DNA of 64,000 nucleotides from positions 22,524 to 86,523 of the forward strand of contig JAZRFF010000028.1 in NCBI GenBank assembly GCA_045661225.1, read 5' to 3'. The notes below the pieces were generated by a model. That model had not been told where the DNA came from, did not search any database, and saw only the letters and a list, made by a program, of their open reading frames with translations. The stretch's first letter is position 1. Each line of letters opens with the position of its first letter. Shown here one piece after another: positions 56,001-64,000 of the stretch. This DNA comes from Bacteroidaceae bacterium (GTDB taxonomy: Bacteria; Bacteroidota; Bacteroidia; Bacteroidales; Bacteroidaceae). The position numbers were made by a program, and so were the translations under genes.

Positions 56001-59000
56001 TAACCTTTATCTGTCCTATTGATGGACTGCCGACGATGCTTATTCTGTTTTTAGGGGTGTCTTCGTCGTACTCGCTGTAGATGGTCGTGTTTGTAACCCC
56101 TTCGGCGTTGCTGTTGCGCAGGGTGTTGCGGCGGTTTTTTATGTTTGTGAGCTTTTCGAGGGGAATGTCTATCATATTCTCCTGCGGCCATACAGCCGTT
56201 GCGGCTACAGTGCTGTTGCCGTCGTACGACCCGTGAGGGGTAATGGCGAGCGGAACCTCATATTCGTAGTAGTTGCTCTTGTAGTCGGAACCGAGGCGTA
56301 TGAATAGCGAAAGGTCGTTGTCGTTTAGCTCGTTGCCTCCGAATTCGGGCGCTTCGGCGTGAATGTACAACTGTATGCGTTCATACTGGCGTATGTCGAG
56401 GTTGCTCTTTTTGTACACGGCGCGCGAGTCTTTGCTGCCGAGGTTGTTGACGTTGAGTGACAGTGCTTGCTCGTTGTCCTGACGCAATTGCGGCTGGCTG
56501 GGGTCGATGATGCGTGTCACGCCCGGGGGCAGTACATAATTCACCGGTCGGCGGTCGCCGTGCTCCTCAATGCTTACTGCCGACGTTGTAAACTCGCCCG
56601 ACATTGTGGGTGCCGAGTTTAGTTTCGAGGCTATTGGCTGCATATAAGGGCGCCAGTCGCCACGCACGAACTGCATTGTCGCGAATCGCAACGTTACGGG
56701 CTTGCTGAACTGTGTCAGGTACATTCTGATGAAACGTATTGAGGTAAAATCGCGTATTGAGCCTACAATCTTTTCATACTCATCGATGGGTATACGGAAC
56801 TTGTACCACTCGACGCTTTCGGTTTTTCCGTTACGCAGCTTGGTGGTGACGGTGCGTTTGTCGGTTATGTAGTTTTTGCCGACTTGCATCTCATCGGGGC
56901 GTAACGATATATGATATTGGAAGAAACTCTCGTACTCGTCCATTGTAAAGTCCTGGTTTACGTCCTCGATGTCGGGGGTGGTCTTTGCTGCACTGCTGAA
57001 ACTCTCGCCTGACGATGATGGAGAGTTGCCCTCGCTGTTGTTGAAGTACTTGTAGCGCTCGATGATACTGCGTTGTGCAGCGTCGTAGTCGCCTCCTCTG
57101 AAGTAGTGATAGTTGTCGCCGGCAGGGTCGGCTGCAATGCTGTCGTACACCTCTTGACGTACACGTCCGTTAAGGGCGTCAAGGTAGTTTCTGTATGCAG
57201 GGAACGCGCTCTCGTCTTCGCCGCCGAGACCGTTGAGTCCTACGTCCTGCTTGTCGCGGCTGTCGTTGTTGTTGTCGAATGCGTATACAAGGCTTGTTCC
57301 TGTGGGCACACGACCCCAGGCTGTCTCTTCGTATTCGTTGCTGTTGCCGGGCGAGGGCAGGCCGTTCTCATAGAACTTTTTGCCGTCTTTGAGTATATCT
57401 TCGGATACCTCGCCGAGGTTGAAATATAATTCTCCGCCCATTCCTGTCTGGTCGTATATGAATGGGTCGAGCAACCAGAATTCAAGATACTGTATGTTCG
57501 CGCTCTCAAAGTCTGTGGTCGTCAACTGGCGTGTGATACCTCCCCAACGCTTCTCGGGAGTGTTGAGCTTACCGTTGTAGTCGAGATCGGTGTCAAGGTT
57601 GTAGGGACCGCGCTCGTCGGGGTAGTATGTAACGTCAAACAGTGAGAGTGTCGACGATTCGCCGTATGTCGACTCTTTGTTGGGGTAGAGTTCGCGCTCG
57701 TAGACCTCGCGTACATAGTGGTTCGACAGTTGCTCGACATCGCTTTTGATGTGTGCCGGTGTCAGCGAAGAACTGCGGCGCGTGAAAAGAGGGTCGATTG
57801 AGTACCACGAGATGCGCGCACGGTTGTATCCGGTGCGAATATCGTTGGTAAGCTCGCTGTATTGCATTCCGCTTGGCAACGACGATAGTGTCCACTGCGA
57901 GGGCGATTTTATATCAATGCCATTCTCGGTGTTCTCAAAGTCGTCAATGTACGATGCTTCGCTTTGCACGTCGCTCGATGTTCCTGCTTCAAGGCGCGCA
58001 AATTCTGCCGTAAGGTTAATGGACGATGGTGCGGTGCAGTTTACAAAGGGTAGCCAGTCTATTACATTCGTGAGCCATTGGCTCTGGCGTTTCCAGCTCA
58101 GGTTGAATCCCCACAGGAAATTCTGCAAGGGCTCTGAACCCATATCTACCTTCGACGTAAGTGGCTTTTCGCTTAGCGACATAAGGGTACCGCCGAACTT
58201 GAAATCGTCCGAAAAATCGTACAACCAGTTGAGACCGAGCACTGTCTTGCGTTGCATATTGAACAGCGTGTTGCTCTCGAGCGACACTTGGACATTTGTA
58301 CCGGCGTCAATGATATTTTGGTTAAGGATAGTGACCGTTCCCGATGAGTAATCGACCTGATAGTCGCTGTTCTCGACAAGAGTGACGCCGCCGGCTGTTA
58401 CGACCACCGAACCTCGAGGGATATTCGTTGAGCCGGTCTCAATGACATTTGCCGCCGAACCGGTATATTCTCCAATAAGGTAGAATTTATCTTTCTCGGC
58501 AATCTGCTTCGCAACGGTTTTTGTCGAGTCGTATAACTCTTGAAATACGTATTTGTCGGCGAGTGTGTCGTCGCCGATTCTTTTTCGCAGGTAGCTGCCG
58601 AATGGTTCGACCGACGGAAAGAATATCCTGCCCGACGAGGCATCGACGGTGTATCCCTGAATAAAGTCGAATATTCCGTTGGGGTTCTCTTTGCTGTTGT
58701 TGCTGTCTAAGCGGTCAAGCCCCATCATCTGCAGAAGATGGTTGCCTTTAAGGCTCTCTTCGGGAAGGTAGGTGATGTTCGTGCCCAGACTGTCGCTGGC
58801 GTAATAGACGTCGAGCTTGAAGTCTGTGTTTTTGAGGTTGCGCGTGCCCAATGAGTATACGTTTTTCATCATAAGGTCCCAGCAACCGTTTCCGGGCGAG
58901 CAGGCGTTGGGCTTTATCAGCTTGACGAAGAGTGTCGATTTTGACTCCTTGATGTCGCTCGAGAACTCTCCGACCTGAAATGTCTGTCCGCCGTATGTGT

Positions 59001-60423
59001 ATTCAAATGCAACGGCAAGCACCTCGTCGGCGCGCAAGGGTGTCTTTAGCGAAATGTAACCCAATGCGTTGTTCAGTGTGTATTCCGATGCCGACAGCAA
59101 ACGGGCATTTGATAGTTTCTCATAGTCGAGTCCGCCGCTGAAGCCGTTTATGCTGTTTAAAATGTTGTTTACCTGGTCAATGTCGCGTATGCCCGAATAA
59201 ACGGTGTTCATCGATGCGTAGAGGCTGTTGGCGTCGTTGTGCGGCAGCGGGGTGCTTCCGTTGCTTACCCAGTTGTCGTTGCTTGTATGGCTGCTCTCGG
59301 CAATGTCGGTAAAGGCAACAATGTTGCGCGGGTTGGTGTAGTCGCTGGTCTTGTTGGTTACCCACACCTCTATGCGGTTAATGGTCACGCCCGACAAAAC
59401 TGTCGGTAACTGCGACATTGAACGGTCGTAGTTGTCGCGGAAGTAGTGTGCAAGGAAGAAGTGTTTGTTCTCGTCGTAGTTGGTAATCTCAATTTCGTAG
59501 GTGGTGAGCTGTGTTCCGCCTTTTGAATTTACCACATTGGTGCTCGAGGTCTTTTGCGATACTACCGTCTGCAGGCTCAGCTTGCCGAACTGAAAATCGG
59601 CTCTTATACCGAAAAGTGACGATGCGCCCTTGATGAGGCTTGAATTTGTCGGGAATGTGACGTTGCCCGCCTCGAGAAGCTTTATAATCTCGTCCTCTTT
59701 GCCGTCGTATTTCAGGTTTATCTTCTTTGCGTCGTAACTGAATGTGGCTTCGGTGTTGTAGTTGAAGTCCATATTCATTTTGTCGCCGACGCTGCCTCGC
59801 ATATTTAGATTTATCTTTTCGTCAAAATCGAAACTGCTGGTATTGCGGCTGCGCGACGGCAACGATGGGTTGTCGATGCTTTGTATGGAGTAACCGATTT
59901 TAAGTTCGGCGCTTCCCTGTGTCTTTATTCGTACACCGCCGGGACCGAATATCTTTTCGGCCGGTCCAAGGTCGAAGTGCATATCGGTAAAATCGAACTT
60001 ATCCTTCTTCTTGGACTTTTCCCACTCTTCGTCGCCTTTTTTTCTGAAGAAACTCTGTCTTTGGCTTTTTTCGTGCCACAGGGAGTATTCGTCGCTGCTC
60101 AGCAGCAAGGGTGTGCCTAATATTGTGCCGCTGCCGAGTTTCGTGGTAATTGTGTAGGTGCTGTCCTTTTCGTTGTAGAGCGTGTCTGTGACAATATTGT
60201 CGGGGGTTTTAAGGTCGAGCGAGTGGCGGTGCAGCTCGCTGATGTTGTCGGGCGCGGTCTTTGCAATGGGGAATCGTGCGGGAATAGTGTCCTTTGCTTC
60301 TATTGCTGCACGACGCGCTTCGCGCCTTGCCTTGCGTATGGAGTCGGAGCGCACATTGTTCTGCGCAAGTACCGTAATACTTGCGAACAGAATGATTATT
60401 ATAGCCAATGTGCCTCTTCGCAT
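53059..60423 (-). CDS. sprA: T9SS outer-membrane translocon SprA/Sov
   Basis: 2454 aa with a signal peptide. The giant beta-barrel-type composition and the conserved ruvA-sprA synteny both fit. The N-terminal region (ARFPIAKT...DLKTPDN...) resembles SprA. Confidence 0.9.
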   Translation of the reverse strand: MRRGTLAIIIILFASITVLAQNNVRSDSIRKARREARRAAIEAKDTIPARFPIAKTAPDNISELHRHSLDLKTPDNIVTDTLYNEKDSTYTITTKLGSGTILGTPLLLSSDEYSLWHEKSQRQSFFRKKGDEEWEKSKKKDKFDFTDMHFDLGPAEKIFGPGGVRIKTQGSAELKIGYSIQSIDNPSLPSRSRNTSSFDFDEKINLNMRGSVGDKMNMDFNYNTEATFSYDAKKINLKYDGKEDEIIKLLEAGNVTFPTNSSLIKGASSLFGIRADFQFGKLSLQTVVSQKTSSTNVVNSKGGTQLTTYEIEITNYDENKHFFLAHYFRDNYDRSMSQLPTVLSGVTINRIEVWVTNKTSDYTNPRNIVAFTDIAESSHTSNDNWVSNGSTPLPHNDANSLYASMNTVYSGIRDIDQVNNILNSINGFSGGLDYEKLSNARLLSASEYTLNNALGYISLKTPLRADEVLAVAFEYTYGGQTFQVGEFSSDIKESKSTLFVKLIKPNACSPGNGCWDLMMKNVYSLGTRNLKNTDFKLDVYYASDSLGTNITYLPEESLKGNHLLQMMGLDRLDSNNSKENPNGIFDFIQGYTVDASSGRIFFPSVEPFGSYLRKRIGDDTLADKYVFQELYDSTKTVAKQIAEKDKFYLIGEYTGSAANVIETGSTNIPRGSVVVTAGGVTLVENSDYQVDYSSGTVTILNQNIIDAGTNVQVSLESNTLFNMQRKTVLGLNWLYDFSDDFKFGGTLMSLSEKPLTSKVDMGSEPLQNFLWGFNLSWKRQSQWLTNVIDWLPFVNCTAPSSINLTAEFARLEAGTSSDVQSEASYIDDFENTENGIDIKSPSQWTLSSLPSGMQYSELTNDIRTGYNRARISWYSIDPLFTRRSSSLTPAHIKSDVEQLSNHYVREVYERELYPNKESTYGESSTLSLFDVTYYPDERGPYNLDTDLDYNGKLNTPEKRWGGITRQLTTTDFESANIQYLEFWLLDPFIYDQTGMGGELYFNLGEVSEDILKDGKKFYENGLPSPGNSNEYEETAWGRVPTGTSLVYAFDNNNDSRDKQDVGLNGLGGEDESAFPAYRNYLDALNGRVRQEVYDSIAADPAGDNYHYFRGGDYDAAQRSIIERYKYFNNSEGNSPSSSGESFSSAAKTTPDIEDVNQDFTMDEYESFFQYHISLRPDEMQVGKNYITDKRTVTTKLRNGKTESVEWYKFRIPIDEYEKIVGSIRDFTSIRFIRMYLTQFSKPVTLRFATMQFVRGDWRPYMQPIASKLNSAPTMSGEFTTSAVSIEEHGDRRPVNYVLPPGVTRIIDPSQPQLRQDNEQALSLNVNNLGSKDSRAVYKKSNLDIRQYERIQLYIHAEAPEFGGNELNDNDLSLFIRLGSDYKSNYYEYEVPLAITPHGSYDGNSTVAATAVWPQENMIDIPLEKLTNIKNRRNTLRNSNAEGVTNTTIYSEYDEDTPKNRISIVGSPSIGQIKVMMIGVRNNSASAKSATVWVNEMRLLGFNNKSGWAAQGNLNIKLSDLGSFAAQGRMETAGFGGLEDKLAARRTDNYYRYSLTGTLDFGRFFPEFFKLSLPTYYSYTEEVTSPLYSPFDSDLLLDDVLDTYSGASRDSLKNIAEVRSVSQNFSVSNAKLNIKSKKSMPYDPANFSFSFSHSSTNNSGSTISRENRRNWKASAAYSYSSPLKTIKPFEKIKSKSKWWKILKEWGVNPLPQSLALNTDITRNYHEQQRRDINAIGGGESIPLTFSQQFYWNRSFSIKWDPTTNLRMSLNTGTNAEVEEPFLPVNKHLYPNEYAIWKDSVKMSLKQMGRPLTYQQNFTASYTLPLNKMPIFEWLTADGSYSATYNWQRGNNAGGVNFGNNIANKRNITLKSTLNLEKLYNIVPYLEETNKRFASGKKASNKSKTKKVQKPKPFTKEIKLEKDTTVTITHNLKNKKIEVTARTKEGKKYKLKYKVLDENKILVKNNDSISVKVSILAKTNNGEKSGFYKFMQYPTRALMLVRNVSISYTNAYAMNLPGFMPNVGDIFGQGRNNGLYSPGLDFAFGLIDDSYLGKAQKNNWLLRNDSISAQASTTAAEDLQLRMTLEPAKDFKIDLNASWTRNQSKNIRFMYDGMPADESGGFTMTTITIGNSFGGGSASNNYQSDVFDKFVNSLEKHRNRIEKRYEGTLYPATSSMAGKPYDPTNGGVDIYSADVMIPAFLETYTAGGSNEVFPSMLRMLPNWKLKYSGLSKLEWFKKIFKSVNIEHGYKSIYAVGSYSTFATYMEYTNGIGFVNNTTTGMPVPSSRYNINTVSVNESFSPLIGLDVTTNNNITIGGRFIQSRVLNLSLTAIQMVETYSQEIAVNLGYKIVGLKFLNGGKKASKSNKSSGNDINIRGDFSFKNTSSICRSIDKGTTQATSGNKSFNYSLTADYTYSKMLSFSLYFDGRHTIPLISTSSYPTTTIDFGVSMKFSLTR

Positions 60424-60438
60424 TGTGATTGTTTGTTG

Positions 60439-61032
60439 TTACAACTGTTTGAGCGCAAGCTTGATGAGTTGTTCTATGGTGGCGTTGGGCTCGCTCTTTG
60501 CAATAGCCTGCACCACTTTGTTTGCAGCGGCAACAGGGAACCCGAGCATTGCCAGCGCCTGTACTGCGCCGTCGATATTGTCGTTGTTGGCCGGAACGGC
60601 GGGTGCTGCTTCGCCTGCTACATTTTGGTATATGCCCTTGATTTTGTCTTTAAGGTCCACGATGAGGCGTTGCGCTGTTTTAAGGCCTATGCCTTTGACA
60701 CCTTTTATCGCAACCTCGTTGCCGGTGGCAATGGCGTCGCACAATTCGTTAACGGTAAACGCCGACAGGATAGTGCGGGCTGTGTTGCCGCCTATGCCCG
60801 ACACTGATATCAGCAACAGGAAAAGTTCGCGCTCCTGACGGTTGCTGAAAGCAAACAGTTGGTGTGCGTCCTCACGTATCACCTCGTATATGTATACTTT
60901 CACCTCTTTTTTGCCTTGAAGGGCACTGTATGTGTTAAGTGTGATGCTGGTTTCGTAGCCCACTCCGCAGCACTCGATGATTGCCGTTGCGGGGGTAAGT
61001 TCGGCGAGTTCTCCTCTAAGGTATTCTATCAT
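60439..61032 (-). CDS. ruvA: Holliday junction branch-migration complex subunit RuvA
   Basis: 197 aa. MIEYLRGEL..., HhH motifs (LISVSGIGGNTA, IKGVKGIGLKTAQR). Confidence 0.95.
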   Translation of the reverse strand: MIEYLRGELAELTPATAIIECCGVGYETSITLNTYSALQGKKEVKVYIYEVIREDAHQLFAFSNRQERELFLLLISVSGIGGNTARTILSAFTVNELCDAIATGNEVAIKGVKGIGLKTAQRLIVDLKDKIKGIYQNVAGEAAPAVPANNDNIDGAVQALAMLGFPVAAANKVVQAIAKSEPNATIEQLIKLALKQL

Positions 61033-61229
61033 AGTATCTTATTCTTTATTTGTACGCTTGCGGCGTTTCTGTTTTTTGCAGTTTCGGTACGCTTTGTGTG
61101 CTTGCCTGTATGCGCATAATCTTCTAATAAACGCGGCCGAGGTGGTTTTATTGTTATTATTATCTGTTTTTGGAATTTTTGCCTCGATGGTGCTTGCTGT
61201 AACCCTTGCTGTTTGTGTGCAGCGTCCGT

Positions 61230-62906
61230 TTATGCTTTATTCTCTGTTGTCGGCTTTTCGAACGTCAGCACCTGGTTGCAGTACTCTATTATTGCGGGGC
61301 GGTGTGTTACGAATATCAATGTCTTTCCTATTTGGCTCTGAGTGAGGCGACGCAGAAGCTCTTGTTCGGTCTCTTCGTCAAGCGCCGATGTTACCTCGTC
61401 CAGAATGAGTATGCTTCCCGGACGCAATATAGAGCGGGCAATGGCTATGCGCTGTGCCTGTCCTTCGCTCAGGCCGCCTCCACGCTCGCTTATCGGGCTG
61501 TCGATGCCTTGCGGAAGCTCAAAAACATAGTCGGCGCAGGCAATGTGCAGCGCTGCGCGCATTTGTTCCTCGGTAGCATCGGGGTTGCCCATAAGCAGGT
61601 TCTCTTTTACCGTTCCGCTCACAAGGCTGTTGCCTTGGGGTATATAGACAAAGTTGCGACGCGTGAGTGTCGACGTCGGGTGTTGCTCGTTGCTGCTGTA
61701 CAACTCAATTTCGCCGTTCTGCGGTGTTATGAGTGCTACTAAAAGGCGTATGAGTGTGGTCTTTCCGGCGCCGGTCTCGCCAACAATCGCGGTGCTGCTG
61801 TTCGGCGGAAAATCGTAACTAAACTTCTCAAGGATAGCGCGTTCTTCGGCGTTGTAGCGGAATGTGACATTCTTGAACCTGACGCCGGCTGTCTCTTCGA
61901 ACATTATTGCATCGCCTTGCTGTTCGAGCGGAATATCTTCAAGCTCATATAGTCGTTCGGCTGCAGTGAGCGACGATACTATACCCGGAAGGAACCTGCT
62001 CAGGTCCATCGTCGGGCGCTGTATAAGCCCTACTAATTGTAAGTAAGCCGACATTGTTCCGAATGTGATAATGCCGTCGCGCAAGCTTGCCGCACCCCAC
62101 ATAAATGCAACAATATAACCAATGGCAAACCCTAATTGTGTGAGCGTGAAAGCTCCAAGCGAGAATTTAGTGCGGCTGGTCACCTGCGACTGTAACTGTT
62201 GCTGAAGGTCGGTGAGCTGCTTCTCGGTCGAATTGTTCTGCTCAAGGGCTTTTATAAGTTCCTTGTGTTGCAGGCTCTCCTGCAGCACCGACTGAATGCG
62301 GCTGTCGCTGTCGCGCACGTCGCGGTTGAGCCTACGCATCTTGCGAATGTAGAACTGGCTGGCCAACAGGCATACAGGGAGTATCACAATTATGGAAACT
62401 GCGAGCATAGGGCTCATACTGAACAGCAATGCGAACGACACAATCAACTGCAGGAACACGACAAGTGTAGCGGGGATAGTCTCGGTTATTAAGGCGGTGA
62501 TGCTGTTTACGTCGCCTTCGAGGCGGTTGGTAAGGTCGCCTGTGTGGTGCTTTTGCAGGCGTAGCCAGTCGGCGCGCAACAGTCGTGCAAAACTTTTCAG
62601 ACGCATACGGTTGCGAACTTTGTTGCCCACAACGGCGTGAATCCAGCGGTTGATGCCGCGTGCGATAATCTCGGTGCACATAAGCGCGGCAATTACAATG
62701 CCTGTCGCGAGCAGCGACCCTTCGGCCTCTCTTGTGGCAATATCAATGGCGTGTTTGCAGGCAAGAACCCACATTAGCTGGCACACAACGTCAATAATGC
62801 CTATGATTGTGTTGGCAACCGCCTGTTTGCGTGCTCCGCCCGAGTTTTTCCACAACCATTTTACGAGCCTTGTGGCCGGAATATTTTCTTTTTTGTTGTT
62901 TTTCAC
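61230..62906 (-). CDS. ABC exporter, fused permease/ATPase (MsbA/ABCB-like half transporter)
   Basis: 558 aa. About 6 TM segments, then Walker A GETGAGKTT, signature LSEGQAQR and Walker B ILILDE. Confidence 0.9.
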   Translation of the reverse strand: MKNNKKENIPATRLVKWLWKNSGGARKQAVANTIIGIIDVVCQLMWVLACKHAIDIATREAEGSLLATGIVIAALMCTEIIARGINRWIHAVVGNKVRNRMRLKSFARLLRADWLRLQKHHTGDLTNRLEGDVNSITALITETIPATLVVFLQLIVSFALLFSMSPMLAVSIIVILPVCLLASQFYIRKMRRLNRDVRDSDSRIQSVLQESLQHKELIKALEQNNSTEKQLTDLQQQLQSQVTSRTKFSLGAFTLTQLGFAIGYIVAFMWGAASLRDGIITFGTMSAYLQLVGLIQRPTMDLSRFLPGIVSSLTAAERLYELEDIPLEQQGDAIMFEETAGVRFKNVTFRYNAEERAILEKFSYDFPPNSSTAIVGETGAGKTTLIRLLVALITPQNGEIELYSSNEQHPTSTLTRRNFVYIPQGNSLVSGTVKENLLMGNPDATEEQMRAALHIACADYVFELPQGIDSPISERGGGLSEGQAQRIAIARSILRPGSILILDEVTSALDEETEQELLRRLTQSQIGKTLIFVTHRPAIIEYCNQVLTFEKPTTENKA

Positions 62907-62928
62907 TTTAATGTAAAATTATATTCTG

Positions 62929-62936
62929 CAAATGTA
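62929..62936 (-). promoter_or_regulatory. Putative -7 box for the ABC exporter (and possibly ruvA-sprA)
   Basis: TACATTTG on the minus strand, 23 nt upstream of the ATG at 62906. Confidence 0.45.
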
Positions 62937-63041
62937 CGAATTCTTTTAATAAATAACGGGCGCGCGCGCCGAAAATTGTGAAAAACAGGGCTTTTGTGTT
63001 AATATTTACTCTTTTAAAGTTCTATTTTCGGTAAATATCAC

Positions 63042-63049
63042 TACTTTTG
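63042..63049 (+). promoter_or_regulatory. Putative -7 box for the transglutaminase-like gene
   Basis: TACTTTTG, 84 nt upstream of the ATG at 63133. Confidence 0.4.
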
Positions 63050-63132
63050 CAGTAAACCGCGTGCATTTGTTGTAACTGCAATGAATAGCGGAATTACTCA
63101 AAAAACGACAAGAACTATAGAAAAAATACACG

Positions 63133-64000
63133 ATGAAAAAAGGACTTTTGCTGCTGCTTGCAGCGGTTGTGGCATCTCTCTCGTTCGAGACTGCCTGTGC
63201 ACGGAAAAACTTCGATAAAAACGGCAAAATTGCACGCGATTTTGCAGCGCGTCGCGCGGTTGTGGACAACGATTCTTACTTCGATGTCTTTGACCGCAGT
63301 CTCACTCCTCGTCAGCGTCAGGCGATGCAGTTCCTGTATGCTTATATGCCGCTTCCCGACATTGCCGATTATTCGGGCGACTATCATTTGAGTAATGTCG
63401 ATTATGCGCTCAAGGCACGCAACGAGATGCCCTGGGGCGAGAGTGTTCCTGTTCGTGAGTTTCTTCACTTTGTGCTTCCGGTGCGCGTGAATAACGAGAA
63501 TCTCGACAATAGTCGTGAGGTGTTTTATAATGAACTTAAAGAGATAGTCGAGGGGCTTTCTATGCACGATGCAGTCCTTGAGGTCAACCACTGGTGCCAC
63601 GAGAAGGTAACGTACACCCCAAGCGATATTCGTACAAGCTCGCCGCTTGCAACGGTGCGTACAGCCTATGGCCGTTGCGGCGAAGAGTCTACATTTACTG
63701 TTGCGGCTCTGCGTGCGGTGGGTATCCCTGCGCGTCAGGTTTACACTCCCCGTTGGGCACACACCGACAATAACCACGCGTGGGTAGAGGCGTGGGTCGA
63801 CGGTCGTTGGTACTTTCTGGGTGCTTGTGAACCCGAACCGGTGCTTAACCTTGCGTGGTTCAATGCTCCCGCGTCACGCGGAATGTTGATGCACACAAAC
63901 GCCTTCGGACGCTACGACGGTCCCGAAGAGGTTCTTAGCGTAACCCCTTGCTTTACCGAGATTAACGTAACGGCAAACTACGCTCCTGTGGCAACCACAA
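63133..64000 (+). CDS. Secreted transglutaminase-like (papain-fold) domain protein, 3' end outside window
   Basis: It is not in the ORF track because no stop falls inside the window. My translation: MKKGLLLLLAAVVASLSFETACA... GRCGEESTFTVAALRAVGIPARQVYTPRWAHTDNNHAWVEAWVDGRWYFLGACEP. This shows the Cys (GRCGE) and His (NHAWVE) of the transglutaminase-core triad. Confidence 0.75.
   Translation, partial: MKKGLLLLLAAVVASLSFETACARKNFDKNGKIARDFAARRAVVDNDSYFDVFDRSLTPRQRQAMQFLYAYMPLPDIADYSGDYHLSNVDYALKARNEMPWGESVPVREFLHFVLPVRVNNENLDNSREVFYNELKEIVEGLSMHDAVLEVNHWCHEKVTYTPSDIRTSSPLATVRTAYGRCGEESTFTVAALRAVGIPARQVYTPRWAHTDNNHAWVEAWVDGRWYFLGACEPEPVLNLAWFNAPASRGMLMHTNAFGRYDGPEEVLSVTPCFTEINVTANYAPVATT

Noticed and set aside
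60182-60838. 218-aa and 194-aa + strand ORFs overlapping the sprA 5' end and ruvA
   Set aside because: They are antisense to two confidently identified genes, have low-complexity Ser/Ala/Cys-rich translations and have no start context. They are shadow ORFs.
62959-62970. GGCGCGCGCGCC, a 12-nt alternating-GC palindrome in an AT-rich divergent promoter spacer
   Set aside because: It is too short and isolated to interpret. It cannot form a hairpin with a loop and has no partner site. It is noted only as a possible operator or Z-DNA-prone tract.
63115-63777. 220-aa ORF on the minus strand
   Set aside because: It lies antisense to a much better + strand gene (signal peptide plus transglutaminase core, with a -7 box upstream). 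Its translation is Arg/Cys/His-rich with no recognisable motif. It is a shadow ORF.
1-64000. Screen for CRISPR arrays, integrases, transposases, prophage genes, tRNA-adjacent islands, toxin-antitoxin or defence genes
   Set aside because: No regularly spaced repeats were seen other than the 7327-7479 tandem repeat. I saw no duplicated tRNA 3' ends (att sites) near either tRNA. No ORF has recombinase, transposase or phage signatures. By eye the window is core chromosome.

Overview
The window looks like a mostly core chromosomal segment of a Bacteroidota (Bacteroidales-like) genome of about 50% GC. This assignment rests on three things: SusC/SusD genes, a roughly 2450-aa SprA/Sov type IX secretion (T9SS) translocon next to ruvA, and the Bacteroidota -7 promoter box TAnnTTTG recurring 10-170 nt upstream of many starts. 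I call about 50 protein genes, two tRNAs (Gln-TTG and Arg-CCT, neither with an encoded CCA), about a dozen hairpin terminators, and one 56-60 bp tandem repeat. Housekeeping genes dominate: mtnN-luxS, rnpA-yidD-tatD, typA, rpsO, korAB, efp, lpxH, ackA-pta, hisS, purA, fur and ruvA. The accessory-like content is limited. It comprises a three-gene polysaccharide utilisation locus (PUL: SusC, SusD, and a GH85-like endo-beta-N-acetylglucosaminidase with a T9SS C-terminal sorting domain), an RND efflux operon, a TonB-dependent receptor, and a stand-alone amino-sugar module (FdtA-like, large GNAT, DegT). I found no integrase, transposase, CRISPR array, toxin-antitoxin pair or recognisable defence genes, and no convincing novel multi-gene system. 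The best leads are (1) a 13-bp perfect inverted repeat enclosing 211 bp, with strong hairpins nearby, in the 495-bp spacer between korB and susC; (2) the regulator-less, T9SS-linked N-glycan PUL; (3) the orphan amino-sugar trio with an atypical acyltransferase; (4) the tandem repeat after comM; and (5) an AraC-HTH plus AlkD-like gene pair. All functional calls come from reading the translations and recalling family motifs. No database search was run.
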